Below, in pieces: positions 35,826-49,722 of a stretch of DNA of 64,000 nucleotides. The translations under genes and the position numbers were made by a program. Position 1 is the first letter of the stretch. The number at the start of each line of letters is the position of its first letter. Origin of the DNA: Isurus oxyrinchus (taxonomy: Eukaryota); the NCBI GenBank assembly GCA_026770705.1, contig JANJGN010000056.1, positions 1,674,001-1,738,000 of the forward strand, given 5' to 3'. The notes under the pieces are model-generated. The model was given only the letters and a program-made list of their open reading frames with translations. It was not told where the DNA came from and ran no database searches.

Positions 35826-38800
35826 TTCAGTCTGACGTCTGTGATGTCAGGGACATTAGAAGAATGAAGCATTTACAATCCTGACACACACGAGCTGCAA
35901 ATGTTTCAGCCTTGTCGATTGTACTGAGGTCGTTTGACTCCCAACATAGCCAGTGGGAATACTTTTGAAGCCTCCTCCTCCTGAAAGCTGTCTTTCTGGC
36001 ACTATCAAAAGCCGCTGGATGCGACGGGGACTCAAGGTTTGATTCGGTGCACTGTCTGTGGGAGGTGTTAGCATTGTTGCAGTTTTATTCCGTTGTCTAA
36101 AATGCAGGTAATGGTGTGTTGAATATGCACGACCTTCCGCTGTGTGGTATATTTGGAGCTTCTCTTTTACTGCTACCTGCACTCGTCATTTTATCTGTGT
36201 TAATCCCGCGGTGGACATTTCAGTAGAATGAGGAATATGCCGCGGCATGAGTTTAAGGAGTGCAATTGAATATAATTCTGCTGCAACCTGAGATCTGCAG
36301 CTTCTCCCAGATTTCCTGATTTAATGACAAGGTCTGTTCAGCATCTCTGTCAATAAGCTCATGGCAATGCTACAAAACCAGATGGAGGGCATTGTTAATG
36401 TGAAGTTGTAAGAAAGTAATGCAAAGGGGTTAGGAGATTCACTTGTAATCTTAAAAAGTTAAATATGGTTATGCTTAATTGTCAAATTGCACATGACGAT
36501 CAATACCAAAAAAGGAGGAGTTACAATTAAGCTTTAATTATCAATTACAGTTCAACTACTAGCAGTAAATCTGACAAAGTGTGCATGCCAATCTTTACAT
36601 TCTCTTCATGTTTATTTGCTATTACCCTAATTTAGCAGGAACTCTAAAGTTATACAGTAATGATGTTTTATTAAAGTTGAGCAGAACGTTGCCGATATCA
36701 CTTATAAAGAACGGTGCACAGTTTTGGTCTCCAACTTTAAGAAAGGATATCAATTACTTAGAATCAGTTGAGATAGCTTTCATTCTGCAGACACCTGGGA
36801 GGCTGAGTTGGTGGAGGTTGGTGGTTGTCTGGGTTTTATCAAATTCGGAAAGATTGGATAACCGTTTTCAATTGGAGTCTGGAAAAAGAGGGGTGCTTTG
36901 ATTGAAATAGGTTGGATCCTGAGGGATTCACCATATTATTTGCAATGAGAATGTTTCCCTTGTCACGGAGTTTGGGGCAAAGGGAGAAAAGTTTTCAAGT
37001 TGTGGATCTCCCGTTTGAAGGGGAAGTGGAAGCGATTTATTTCAGTCACAGGGTTGAAGGGCTTTGGAACTCTCTTCCGACAAGTGCTGTGTAGGGAAGC
37101 TGATTGGATATGTTTCAGGCAGAGACAGATATATCCTTGAGTACCAAGGGTGTCAAATGTTATTGGAGTTGGGCGGAATGCTGAATTGCATCCACAATCA
37201 AATTAGCCATAATGTTATTGAATGGTGGGGCTGGCTGGAGGAGCCGGATTTTCTAATTCTGCTCTGGATTTATATTTATATTTTTTCCATTACCCTGTGC
37301 AGCTTTATCTGCGCCTGGCGTTGGCCTCATATGGTTCTGGTACGCTACAGGGGTGTTGGCAAGGGGGAATCAGGAGCCCATGCATTGGGACCCAGTTTCC
37401 AATCTCTGGGTTTGTCTTTGAGATTTGAAACATCCTGTCATGCAGCTTCCTGTGTTCACCTAATGCGGCCTTTGGTATGTCGGCATTCTCCATATGAACC
37501 ACATGACTGACCTAGGGAAGCGGGGCTCTAATGACCATGTTATCGATGCTCAGTACGCTGCACTTTGCAAGAATATTTGTGTGTGGGAATCGGTCCTGCC
37601 ACTTACCGTTGGAAATGGATTACAGACAGTGAAATTGGAATGTTTTCACAAGGTTTCAATGAGGCTGATCAATGTTGCATATCTCGCACTGACAAGAATT
37701 TAGATAAAAAAAAACACGGCCTGACAGGCTTTGATCTTCCATCTGAGAGGAGCTCCATGTTTTTCTTTCAGAAGACAGTGAGTGCAGCCTGCTAAATGCC
37801 GAACTTGCTTTTGTCAGGCGATGTTTAATTTGCTCATTCAGTTAGTTCTCTTGGAGAACATGCTGCCAAGTTAGCAACTTTCCGCACTGAACAGTTGGGT
37901 TTTTCGTTCAGAGTGGCTGTGGCATCTTGGATCAGGTGACCAGCAGCGAATTGATGCAGCTTCTCCATCTGTGGATATATTATTAATCGAACGTGTTCTG
38001 AGTCCACAGCAAAGCGTTCAGCATGCAGCTGGATCTCTCCGGATTCTGCCCTATGCGAGCGCAGTAGTCCGTGAATAAGGCTTCACTCAGTCGCTGTTCA
38101 GTGACCTATGTGCAAGGTTTTACTCTTGGCCGTTTGGCAACGTTGCTGTTTGTCCTGAAATCGTTATGTAAGCCTGTGCCAAACTCTTTGAGTGTAAACT
38201 GGATAATGGCCGGCAAGTATATGACAAATAGAGCTGAAGCCATGACAGAGACTTACTTGGCAACGCAAGTCACATGAAAGGGGTCCACACTGTCGAACCG
38301 CCTTGCGTCACTCTGATTATCAGGTCATCGTCAAAAGAGCAAATGGCATTGATCATTTTCTTCATCTTTTTCAGCGTGACTTCATATTCCAGACTGGTTT
38401 GGATAGTTCATTGACCAATAAAGGGTATTGAGGTCATGAGGACGTATGTGTGTGTTTTGTGGAGGGTGTGGAGGGGCGGGTGTGCGACGCAGGTTGGAGA
38501 AGTACAGGCAGGAAAATGGAGCTGAGGCCACGATCAGGTAAACCATTTTCTTTTCGAGTTGCAGAAGAGACTCAAGAGGCCGAATGAGCTACCCCTGCCC
38601 TTAATTCTTGTGATTTTGGTGTTGTATGAAATGCAGCGCAAACCAACAGCCGGAGGTGATGGCGATTCTGCCTCATTATAATGAGTGATTCCATCGGCCA
38701 ATGATTGTTGGCAGAAGACATCTGAGGGTCAGGAGTTAAATGTTTAGCTTGGAATATTCCCCCAGCTTTGTACTCGAATTAACCTATTATTTTATTCAAA

Positions 38801-39419
38801 ACATTGTTTTTCAATCAGCCCCAACAACTCTCTGGACGTAATATGTGAGTGGGTGGAATAGACTGATTTGCTGTCGGGGGGCGGGGGGGGGGGGATGGTT
38901 ATTGACCATTTATAGGTTTGGAAACGTCTGGAAAGAATTATTTTGAAATTTTCTGGTTGAGAAAACAAATGCCTTCTCCATACAGATCATGTTACACCTC
39001 TCATAATCACCAGCACGAATCCTCCATGTCCTCTGGTTGCATTTTTAATTTGCAGGCGGAATGGTGCAAATTTCTGGGCAACGCCATAGAATGTAGGCCC
39101 AGTCACCGACGGAGGTATCAGTGCCAGTGTAATCCAGGAACAATCCGGGCAGCGTATGTCTTCCCTCTGGGAGCTTGAATGTCAAAGACAAGGATCACAC
39201 ACGTGCCTTGTTGGAACATAGAATGGATCCAGAAACACAAAACAGTGGGGAACATCAGAAATGTGCCCCCTACTTAGGGAGGTTCAGAACCATTGTGTTG
39301 CTAAGATTCATTTTGTGTAAATTAGTGACGAGTAATCCCGCAACAACCCCTAGTGGCTTAATCATTTCCCGCTCTGACCATCTCCGATAATATTTATCCA
39401 TTGATCGCTATCATGCAGC

Positions 39420-39640
39420 CCCTTCAATTGGTTTGACCACAGACATCAGTCCAAAATTTGATGTTTCACTTTGTAGTGGTTGCTTTCACAAGGGAGTGAC
39501 TGACATAACCTGTTTGTTCAATGACTGAAACTGATTTATTTCTTCAGGGAACATGAATGAGCTAATGAGGATTTATCTGTTGTATAAATAAGAGGTTCTC
39601 TGAACGGATCATTTCATGTTCTCCAAAAGACTCAGTGTTT
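39420..39640 (+). promoter_or_regulatory. Putative core promoter of gene B (TATAAATA at 39583-39590)
   Basis: Paralog of 14480-14700; ACCACA at 39436-39441. Confidence 0.6.
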
Positions 39641-39738
39641 CTGCTTCAGTTAGCGCTTCTCACAGCGAATAGCGTTTGTTTCACTTTGTCAGATACGGGA
39701 CACTTACAAACCCATTCTCGAAGTTATCGTTGTCTAAT
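39614..39738 (+). other. Predicted non-coding first exon of gene B (donor 39739; acceptor ends 40302)
   Basis: Same architecture as gene A. Confidence 0.5.
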
Positions 39739-40326
39739 GTATGTTTATTTACATACTCTCAGGCTAAAAATGATAATCTCTCTTATTCTATCCATTCATT
39801 GAATGTGGGCGACGCTGGCGAGGCCAGCATTTATTGCCTTCCCTAATTGCCCTTGAAAAGATGGTAGTGAGATGCATTTTTGAGCTGCTGTAGTCTGTGT
39901 TATAACGGGGAGGTCCAGTACATTGACGCAGAAGCAGTGAAGAAATGGAGATATCTTTCCAAATCAGGGCGGTGAGTGGTTTGGAGAGCAGCTACTAGAT
40001 GGTGGCGTTCCCAAGTCTATGTTACTCTTGTCTTTCTAGGGAGTAGCGGAAGTGGGTTTGGAAGTTTATGTACAGGACTTCATGTCTGTAAAATATAGCA
40101 GCTTATCTCTCTTCCATGTTACAAATGCTTTGCTGCCAGTTTTACCTTGATATTTTGGGTTTAATTAATGTGGTATCTCCTTCTGAGTATCGACAGTGAT
40201 TTTACTTTATTTATTTTATGTTTCTGAAATTAATTCAAAGGTGACGGGGGTTTGTAGTTTCCGGCTCACATCGTTCCATTCCATCCTGTTTACCCATCTC
40301 AGGAGAAAAGACAGATTCTCATAAAG

Positions 40327-40396
40327 ATGGGAGAACTGATAATTCACAAGATAAAGGCCATTTACTACCCTATTCTCGCAGCTGTTGGTGTACCAG
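40327..40396 (+). CDS. GPR139/GPR142-like orphan GPCR gene B, coding exon 1 (MGELIIHKIKAIYYPILAAVGVP + 1 nt)
   Basis: Paralog of 15391-15460. Start aagATGG, donor CAG|GTAAGA, in frame with the exon at 49723. Confidence 0.9.
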
Positions 40397-42559
40397 GTAA
40401 GAGCCTAAATACAATCAGTGGACGTATAACTGGATATTGACTTTGTACTCAAAAGGCGTTTCTGGTAACGTGAAATAGTTCGTTTTCTGTTGGAGAGTTA
40501 TCAAAGGTTAGGTGTCACGTTACATGACTTCTTAAGGTTGCTTTATGTGTCACGCAGCTTTCTACAGTGTTGACCGTCTTCATTCTTTGGGGAATTTCTT
40601 GAATTTGGGTGGGGTTCTGCAATAATTGTCATAACCAAGTTCAGACCGTGTTTAAAATTGGAGGTAATTGGAGGTATGGAAATCATTGCAGGGGCAAATT
40701 CGCATTCTGCAGAATTCGGTTGCACTTATTGAAAGTGTTTGCTCACGGTTTTCACCTGTTTTCCAATATCGCAAGCAACAAATTCCCTTTCAAATCACCT
40801 AATTTTTCATAGCGATAGTTTTGCAAATCAGTGTGAAATGATGATATCTGTAAGCTTGGCTGAAACACAATGTTGTCTGCGCTTAAGACATTCCGATGTC
40901 TGACTCACTTGTATATTGATAGACATGAATTTGAACAGCCTTTGTCCATGACCACATTGATGGATTTACTTAAAGTAAGCGTGACCGTCGATTTGTGCTC
41001 GGGAAGCTTCCATTGACAACATGTTGACAATGACCGGATTTTTTATTTGGTGATTTTAGCAGAGGTAGAAATATCGGTCAGGACATAACTGGCTATGACA
41101 ATGTTGCTCCTCGAATAAGTGGAATTGAATCTTCTACAGTTTCCTCATCAATCGTGAATCTGTTCTTAAAGGTTCTACTTGGATAGTGCAGAATTATTTC
41201 ACTAAGAGATTGGACCATGAGCTGAGAACTTTGTTCTGAATTTCTGGTGCCGGAAGTAAATCGTTAAACATCTATCTCAGCACGGAGATTTCAACTGACT
41301 GAGCCATAAGTGGTCTGATTTTGAAACACCTACGAACCCCGAATAGTTTCTGGTTCTTATTATTCTGCCCCATTTAGTTTCTCGCCCTCCACTACCTGCT
41401 GGTCTAGATGAAACTTCCAAATCTAACTGATTTACAGGGAGAATTGAATTGAGTTGGTTTAAACGATTTTCGGACTCCCCTGTCTCTTTGTGAATCTCGC
41501 ATTGCTAAGTGACAAAAGGACATAGATTCATAGGCAATGGGAGCAGAAGTTAGAAAGGTGACCGCTCGCGCTTGCTCCACTATTGAACTATATTATGGCT
41601 GTAATCATGCCTTCATGTCATTCCCTTGTACTATCTCATATCTCTGGGCGCAGTTAATATTTAGAAATTGGTTCATTGCACTGCCTTCAACATACCCAAT
41701 GACTGAGCCTCTGCCGCTGTTGCGGGAGATAATTTCAAACATTCGCTGCTCTCTGAGTGAAGGAATATCTGCAGTAAATGCACATCTGTTATTTTGAAAT
41801 TGTTTCTCATGATATTAGACAGACCCGCCAGCGAAACATCCCTCCATCATAGATAACATCGAACCCTGTAAGAATGGTGTATGTTTCAGTGAGATCAATT
41901 CTCATTTGGCAAAGCTCCAGAGAGCAGATAGTCAGCCTCGTCAATGTCTCCACATTGGAAAATCGCAGCTAATTCCCAGTAATCCAAGGAATTCTCTGGT
42001 TAATTCTCTGTCGCACAGTGACAACAGCGAACACCAAAAGGAGAAATTGGAATTCTTGTCCAGCACCACAACCATCACCAAAATAATTCCGCATGGAAAT
42101 TGAGGAGTTGGAGATAGGTTGGGCTTGGAATTCCAAATTATGGTTGTGCACATCCCTGCTCCAGCTGATGGCCCAATGTGTCTGGCGAATGCCCACATTG
42201 GTGTTTTGCGATCTGCTTGAAATCTACCCGTATCGCACAATGGTAGTGTCACACTATACCATGGAGGAACATTCCAACGTGAAGGCCGACTAAGTCTGCA
42301 CAAGGAACATGAGGTGTTCAATCCTATCAATCCTGTAATGGGCAGGTGCATATGCTGCTTGAAGGTTGGCGAGGCTAGTTCATTTCGGGCTTTGCACCTT
42401 GTTGGTTCCCTGATCACCTGCAAAAGAGCCAGTCTAGCAGTTATCTGTCGGAGTCGGGCTGATCGGCCATTAGTGGTGCTACCGATCCTGTCTTGGTGAT
42501 AGACATTGACGTCCACTGCGTACAATAGTTTTTGTTTCTGGCCACTCCCTAAAACTGTG

Positions 42560-42872
42560 TTTTATGTCCCACAAGAGTGCATAAGTTAAAGGTGAGCGGC
42601 AAGAGGTTTAGGAGGAATTTGAGAAAAAGCATTTTTACCCAGGGAGAGGTGACTGTCTGGAATGCGCTGCCTGGGAGGATGTTGGAGGCGGGTTGCCTCA
42701 CATCCTTTAAAAAGTGCCTGTATAAGCACTTGGCTTGTCGTAACATTCATGGCTATGGTCCAAGTGCTTGCCAATGTTATTACGTATGTATTTCAGGTGT
42801 TTCTCACTTGTCGGTGAAGACTCATTGGGCCAAAGAGACTCTTCCGCACTATGATTCTGTGATTCTATGATT
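42560..42872 (+). mobile_element. CR1 3'-end insertion in the gene B intron
   Basis: ORF 42577 KFRRNLRKSIFTQ..VWNALP-like segment (RFRRNLRKSIFTQGEVTVWNALP) plus an ATTCTGTG/ATTCTATG tail. Confidence 0.78.
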
Positions 42873-43837
42873 CGTCCATGGATGCTCATTCAGTCATGAT
42901 CTTAGGGGAAGGGGAGGTGGTCAACATAAACGAATATTTATTGCCCGTGTTTTACATAATGCCAGGAGGTTTCACATAAGTACCATGTGCTCTTAATGCT
43001 CTGGAAAATGGTGCACAGTGAACGGAGGGGCGTGGCAAAATGGTATTTAGGAAAGCAAGATTGCAATTGTGCGAAGCCTAAAAAGCCATTTTGATGAAGT
43101 TATTTTGCTAAGTTATTGGTTGATGATTGATATGATCTTAAAGTCAGTAAGAATAACTATTCGGTAAAGATAAACAGCTTGAATCATTAAAGCTAAGGAC
43201 TGGTTGCCAATCAAGCAGCCGGCTTTGCCCTGGATTAGGTCAATATTGTTGAATGTTATTGAAGCGGAACTCATGCAGAAAACTGCTGTGTTTTCCACTA
43301 CATTCCTGAATTGTGCATTGTAGATGGAGGGAAGGTTTTGGATATTTAGGGGGTGATGTCCTCGTGACAGAATTGTGAGCTTCCGACCTGCCCTTCCTTT
43401 CACAGTTTCGAGACGATGGTTTTTCCATCGATGTAAAAATCGGGAATTAAACGATGGAAATACCATTAAATGTCTAGGAGAATTGGTTGGATACTCTGTT
43501 TTTGTAGGTGGTATATGCCTGTCAGTTGTGTGGTGCTAACATGACTTGTCAGTTTTCATCAGAAGCCTGGATATTGCCCAGGACGTGATGCACACGGGCA
43601 AGATTCCTTCAGTATCTTTTAAGTTGCGAATGTTGTTGAACTTTGAACAATCGTCAGCGGACACTACCCCAACCCCCGTCCCCCACCGCAAACCTTCCTC
43701 TGGGAATATGATGCAGAGAAGTCAATTAATGAAGCAGCTCAGGTTGGTTTGGCTCAGGATAATGCCCATAGGATCTCGTGCAGTGATGTAATCGGAATGA
43801 GTTGATTCACCTTCAAAACAAAACAAAATATAAATCT

Positions 43838-43945
43838 CGAAACGTCAACTCTTCTCTTCTCCGCCGATGCTGACAGATGCGCTGAGTTTTTCCAGCTAAT
43901 TATGTTTTTGTTTTGTATTTCCAACATCTGCAGTTTTTTGTTTTT
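43838..43945 (+). mobile_element. Short Penelope 3'-end insertion with target-site duplication, unique to the unit B intron
   Basis: CGAAACGTCAACTC...GATGCTGACAGA...CAGTTTTTTG matches the 6740-6855 pLTR. It is flanked by AAAATATAAA (43825-43834 and 43946-43955); the site is empty in A near 18930. Confidence 0.85.
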
Positions 43946-46900
43946 AAAATATAAACCTTCTTTTGTGATACGTATTTTTGCAATCAATGTGTAGGTCCCC
44001 CATTATTTTTATTGACCCCAATCCTGATATATCTCCTTGACAAAACATTATGTGAAATGTTGTCTTCATGTAAACAGGAGCCGCTCTCCAATCACCTCAT
44101 GAATTCAGCACTTTTGGCCATGTTTGGTTTAAGGCCGAACCGAGAGCTGGAGCTCGTATGAAGCAAAAAATGGTCACCAGTGAGCAGGTTACTTCCGAGT
44201 ACGTGGCGATTGAAAGCAATGCCCATGACGCATTCCATCACTTTGTTCATGATGATCATTAGGCACATTTGGTGGTAATTTGATTGTTTGGATTTGACGT
44301 ATTTTGTTTTTATGGATAGGCCCAGCTATGCAACTGCTCACCTTTTCGCATGCATGCCAGTGTTTTAGCTGTACTATACCAGGTTCTCTAGGAAGGTTTA
44401 TTCAGGAGCACTAATCTTCCGTACAATTGCTGGTATCCGACAGCACCCATAGTCTCTTCATCATGCAGTTCCTTCAGTCATTCCTTCACCTCAAGTGTTG
44501 TGAACCACATTGGCTCAAAACTGGCTTCTGTGTTGCTCTCATCCACAGAAGGGGGCCGGGATGATGCATGCACCAGTCACGTCAGTCTGAATATGGTGGC
44601 AAGTTCTTCAACCATGTATATGCACTGATATGCTGTGCTCCACAATCATTGCCGATGTGTTTATTGGTGGTGTCCGCCACCATTGAGTCATGGAATTTCC
44701 AACAACATTGAAGGTGACATGAGCAGAACTTCAGAGCTAAGTTAACGTTATTTTCTGGTGGGACTAATTAGACCTGTCAATTGCATGCTGCATCCGCTGC
44801 TTTGCATGCAAGTTGTCCTGTCTTGCAATTCACCAGGTCAAAGCCGTGTTGTTAGGCATGATTGCTGCTGCTCCTGATATATGACAGATGTGAACAAAAG
44901 GCATCCGTTCGAGCACTTCACATCGGAGGCCTGGAACGGCAAGAGCAGAAGTGGCCTGGGAATACTATTATTGCAAAATCATTTCCAAGTCACACCATAT
45001 CCTTACTTGGAGATACATCAGCATTCCCTGACTGCCAGTGAATCAAATTCCTGTAAACACATCGCTCGAAACACTGTTTGTGCACCCGCATCACATGGAC
45101 AGCAAGAAGAAGAATATGTGATATCGGAAAAAAATACTAATCTTGCCAATGATTCCCACGAAAAGAAAGTGCTGCATAATGCCGAATCTATGAATGTTTC
45201 TTTGTCATTTGATAATGAAAGGACGTCCCTGTGTTTTTACTTTGTGATAGTAAACTAAGGTGAACTATAACGTGCATGTTTTAATTCAAATCCTTTGCAA
45301 TAATCCACTTACCAACTGAGGACATGTGTCATCATTTCACGTCTGAATGCCTACATCTGCAGCCAAAACGATTGGCTGTAATTTTCATCACCAAATCGCA
45401 CGCCGAACCCCCACCCTCACACTTCCTATCACCACTCGCACCCACCCGGCCACCACAACCTCCTCCACCGCATCACCCACCCGCCTCAAAATAGTCAAAT
45501 TTCCAACGTAGATAAATTACATGCAGTGGGTAAAATGATTTTGCGTTCTTAATTCTCCCCATTTACAGATGGAGAACGGGCGGGCCCACCTTTCTCAGGT
45601 TACTAATCAACAGGGTATTGAGCTTGTGAGTGAACCAATCGTGTGTTCCCCTGTTTGGTGCATTGCATTTGCTGTGGCTCAGGTGAGAAAAGTAATTTGT
45701 TTAGTGCAGCTACTGTGAGACGGCAAATTGTCGGAAAGGAACTCCTGCCTCCAGCAGCATCATCGAATAAAACAGCAGATTGTGCTGGGGAAGATGGCAG
45801 CATCTTCATGGTTTTTATCTCACTTTTTTTTTCTTGCCTGGGCTTTCAATGAAAAATATTTTTCGAAAGAAATTCTGAGTAGGTTGTCTTGAGCTTGTAA
45901 CCAGACCGACTCTCTGTTCATAGCATTACACTCTGCCGCATGAGGTCCAGGCATTCACTGCCGACTGGACTTGGACACCATTTTGCATCACTCATTGCCT
46001 CTTCCGCGGAATTGGATGAGTTGAGGAGGTAGAGGCCGTCTAAGGGAGGGTGAGTGGGACAAGATGGAGCAGACCACTCATTTTGCATTTCGCCAATCTC
46101 ACGTTTCCGCAAAATGTAAAATCCAGTCTGATGCCTACTTAATGTAATGTTCCTTTAGGTACCTAAGTCACTTTTCGCGTTTTTAACCTGCAGCGGGGGA
46201 ACTTCTCCTGCATTTCTACTGTAACTGTTGCTATCTAGTCTGCAGCAATGTGTCATAACCAAAAAACACTGTTCAGTGGATCTCACTCTGTGTTACATGA
46301 GCCAGAGCATTCACAACGTCCGTGAAATGAATTGGAGCTTCAGAATCTGCTTTACATACAAACGATGCTGCAGAAAATTGTTATTTTGTGCTTACATTAC
46401 GAAGCAAAGATGACTCTTGAACTGATACGGAGTTAGGAAAGTGGCAGAATCTCCATCGCTCTGTCGTTCATCAGACTGGGGTATTTACGGGAACGACACC
46501 AAGATGCAAATTAATCAAAGTGCACTGAACCTGTTCTATGTTTCTTTTCACAAACAGCAAATCAATAACAGGTGAGAAGCAGATTGCTTTTGCAGAGAGC
46601 AATTCCTCAGCATATATACATGTTCACTTCTCCACTTAATTTATCAGGGGTTTATATGGATAATATACTTGATATTTGTATATTTAATTTGAAAGATAAA
46701 ATACTGAATAATGGTTTCTATAGTTCACTATTAAATTCGGTAGAGGATTGCGTGGTTCATTCGTGGGGCATTTCAATGGTTAATTTGGAGGAAATTTCTG
46801 GAAACTTGTTGTTAATGTATTGGATAGTAGTTTTGAAAATTAATTTGCTCAAACATTGGCGGCTTCATTATATAATTACGTACATTACTCTCTTTTTCCT

Positions 46901-49722
46901 GTTTTAATAGTTTCCTTATTTACAGATCTGGCCAGTACAGCTTTATGTGCTGATAATTTCGTTAAATATCTTTGTTTAGCTCAATAAAGCAAATTGATAA
47001 TTAGGACTCACAGTGAAAATTAATGACATTGTAGTGAAATAAATACTAGATTTGCTCAGGGAATAATAGGTATAGGGTTAATGAAGGTAAACTTTATTTT
47101 TGACGTTTCCTTTGGGCTGTAAATAAGTCAAAACGGCTTTGACTTTCTACTGTTTCCCTCGCTTTCTCGTGCAGCCTACGTGATCAAAAGAAAATCAACC
47201 TTCAACTTATATACATTACCTAGCGTTTTCAAGGCTGTTTGTGATTATCTCTGACAGTTCTCATCAAGTCAATCAAAGTTTGACGCTTACATTCGAATTA
47301 GAACATTGTGAATGGGAGGCAGCAGCTGCCAAATGGCCTGTGTTTGTCACCTTATAAAGATTATTTTTGTGTGGTCAGAGCTTGGCAACTTACAAGCTGA
47401 TACAGGAATGGGAAATTCTGTTTGACTTTATCCGACTAATACAACTTACTTTTTTCAAAGTTCATGCAAATAATTACTCAACATCTTCAGGAATTAAGAT
47501 GATCCAAAATGATATTTCACCACCACTTTTATAGACATTGCTCCATTGCATTGATGTTTTCCTAAATACAAGTTTGCAAAAACTACACATTCAGTCTGCT
47601 TCAGGTTGCAAATCCTTGAAAGCACTTGGTACTTCAGTGAACTCTCTATTCACTCATACCTCGATTGTGAGAATGTGCATTTTCCATTCCTTAATCTGGG
47701 CATCCTGAGTCTGAACGGAAATTTCAGCCGAAAAGCTATTCTGCACCATTGCAAGAGCCAGCAAATCCTATCCGACATGATAAGTACCAGAAGTACAAAC
47801 AAAATTTCAGAAGCTAACCAATTACGTTTCATATTAATTAAGACTAGAGTTATTTAAATTGCTTTGAAATGCAGATTAAAAATAAATAACCGTGTTAATT
47901 AAGTTATTAAATGTATGGCAGGAACAAATTGGTTCATTGCAATTCACTGAGAAACTCTTCAAAACTCAACGGAGTTTTAGTAGTTTAGTTGAACAAAAGA
48001 GACCTTGTTGCAGGCATGATTATCCGAGGCTCACGTCAATTTCGTATGATTTATAAAGATTATTGGATTTAATCACTAGTAAGTAGAAATGCTTCATTTA
48101 ACCTTCAATATGATAACACAACTGTGAATTCCATGGCTAATTAACAAAAATGTTCTTGCATTTTGAAAAAGAAATATATATTTTACCAAATAATGCTAAA
48201 ATTCAAGGATGTTATGATGCAAACCAATCTGAAATAAAAATAGCTGCAAGATATGTTAATTTAACCATGCATATGTTAGGATTTAGCTCTTTATCATCGG
48301 GTAATACACACTTTGTTGTTTTCCTCTTCTAATCATATAATAGACCTAAAATAATCTATCTACTCAAATCGATGTGCCTATCACAGTCCATGTCGACCTG
48401 GAACTTTTACACTTGGTGTCCTACGAGGGTCGGTGTTCAGCTTCACATTTCAAATCATTTCTCATGGTTACTGTGAATGAAACGCAAGTGACTCCCTTAT
48501 ACCCTCTCGGAAACTAAGTGCCTCCATCAACATCCGATCAATCAATGGGAACGTTCTCCTGTCTCCTCAGAATAGATAGTTGATTTTAACTATTGGAATC
48601 ACATCTTCCAATTGCTAGCTCACCACACATTACCAACTATGTGTCTTGCATCGCTGTGATTCCTATTGTACCTGCATTTTGCGATATCCGTTCATTACAC
48701 TTTAAAACTAGTCATTCCAGAAAGAAGCGTTGCGCTGCGCAATAACTACTCTGCCTTCCCGATGGCCAATAAATATTGCACACTTAACCTGATAGCAATG
48801 TCACCGTTCCCATTCGGCCATTCAACTGCCGCCTTGATCAGCATCAACTATACCCAGTCGGCAAAGCAATATTGCTTTACTTTGTCTGCAATGAATTAGC
48901 GCTGCATTCACCTGATTATACCTTCACAGTGCCCAGCCTGCATATTAATCTTTCATTACTGAGTCTGCCTTAAAACATCTGACTCATCAGCCCTCATCCG
49001 TTACCACAACGTTTCACTACGAATCTGCATAAATATGTCACCTTGTTTTGATGGTCATTAGACGGCATCTGTGTGGACTCCTGGGTAAACTTTTATATGG
49101 CCTCGTCTATGCTAGTGTTTCTTTGTAGCTCAGTGACCATTCTAACAGGCCCTGTGCAACTACTATTCCATCTTTACACTCCAATCGTTTCAGAGTATAT
49201 CCATGCTGCCGGCCAGGATTTTAACTTCGAGCTGTCAGGCCTGTTGCGCAGTAACCCTTCCAAAAACTTATCACATCTATAAACCACGCAGCACACATTG
49301 CAGCACTACCTCTTGCAGAGTATAACTCTACTTAGCCCATTTTGCAGCTTCATTTCCCAATTTATATTTCATCCTCACACATGAATTATCTCTTTACAAC
49401 CCCAATTTAATATTTAAAGTTCAACATTCCCAGCCGTTCTTGTACCATAAAATTGTCCAGAACAGATTCTCCCTCCAAATGCTCGATCGTTGTTGCAAAG
49501 TAGTTGCCCCCAGTTTAAATTGACGATGTTCCTATCAAAAGAGGAATGAACAATTCCCTGTCCACATGTACTAAGTCCAATCCACATTTAGTACATGCTC
49601 GTCTCGGGAAGCAGGCCCTGCATTTTTGGGTAAAATGCATGAGCCTTTTCTGTAACTGCAAGAGAAGTTGCCTTGCTCATCTGTGACGTCTATCTCCTTC
49701 TCTCTCTATCCCTCACTTACAG

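Noticed and set aside
41941-42525. 194-aa minus-strand ORF
   Set aside because: Decayed LINE remnant; the frame is broken in the A and C paralogs.
49668-49722. N-terminal MPCSSVTSISFSLYPSLT of the 320-aa ORF
   Set aside because: This is the intronic polypyrimidine tract; the true N-terminus comes from the exon at 40327.
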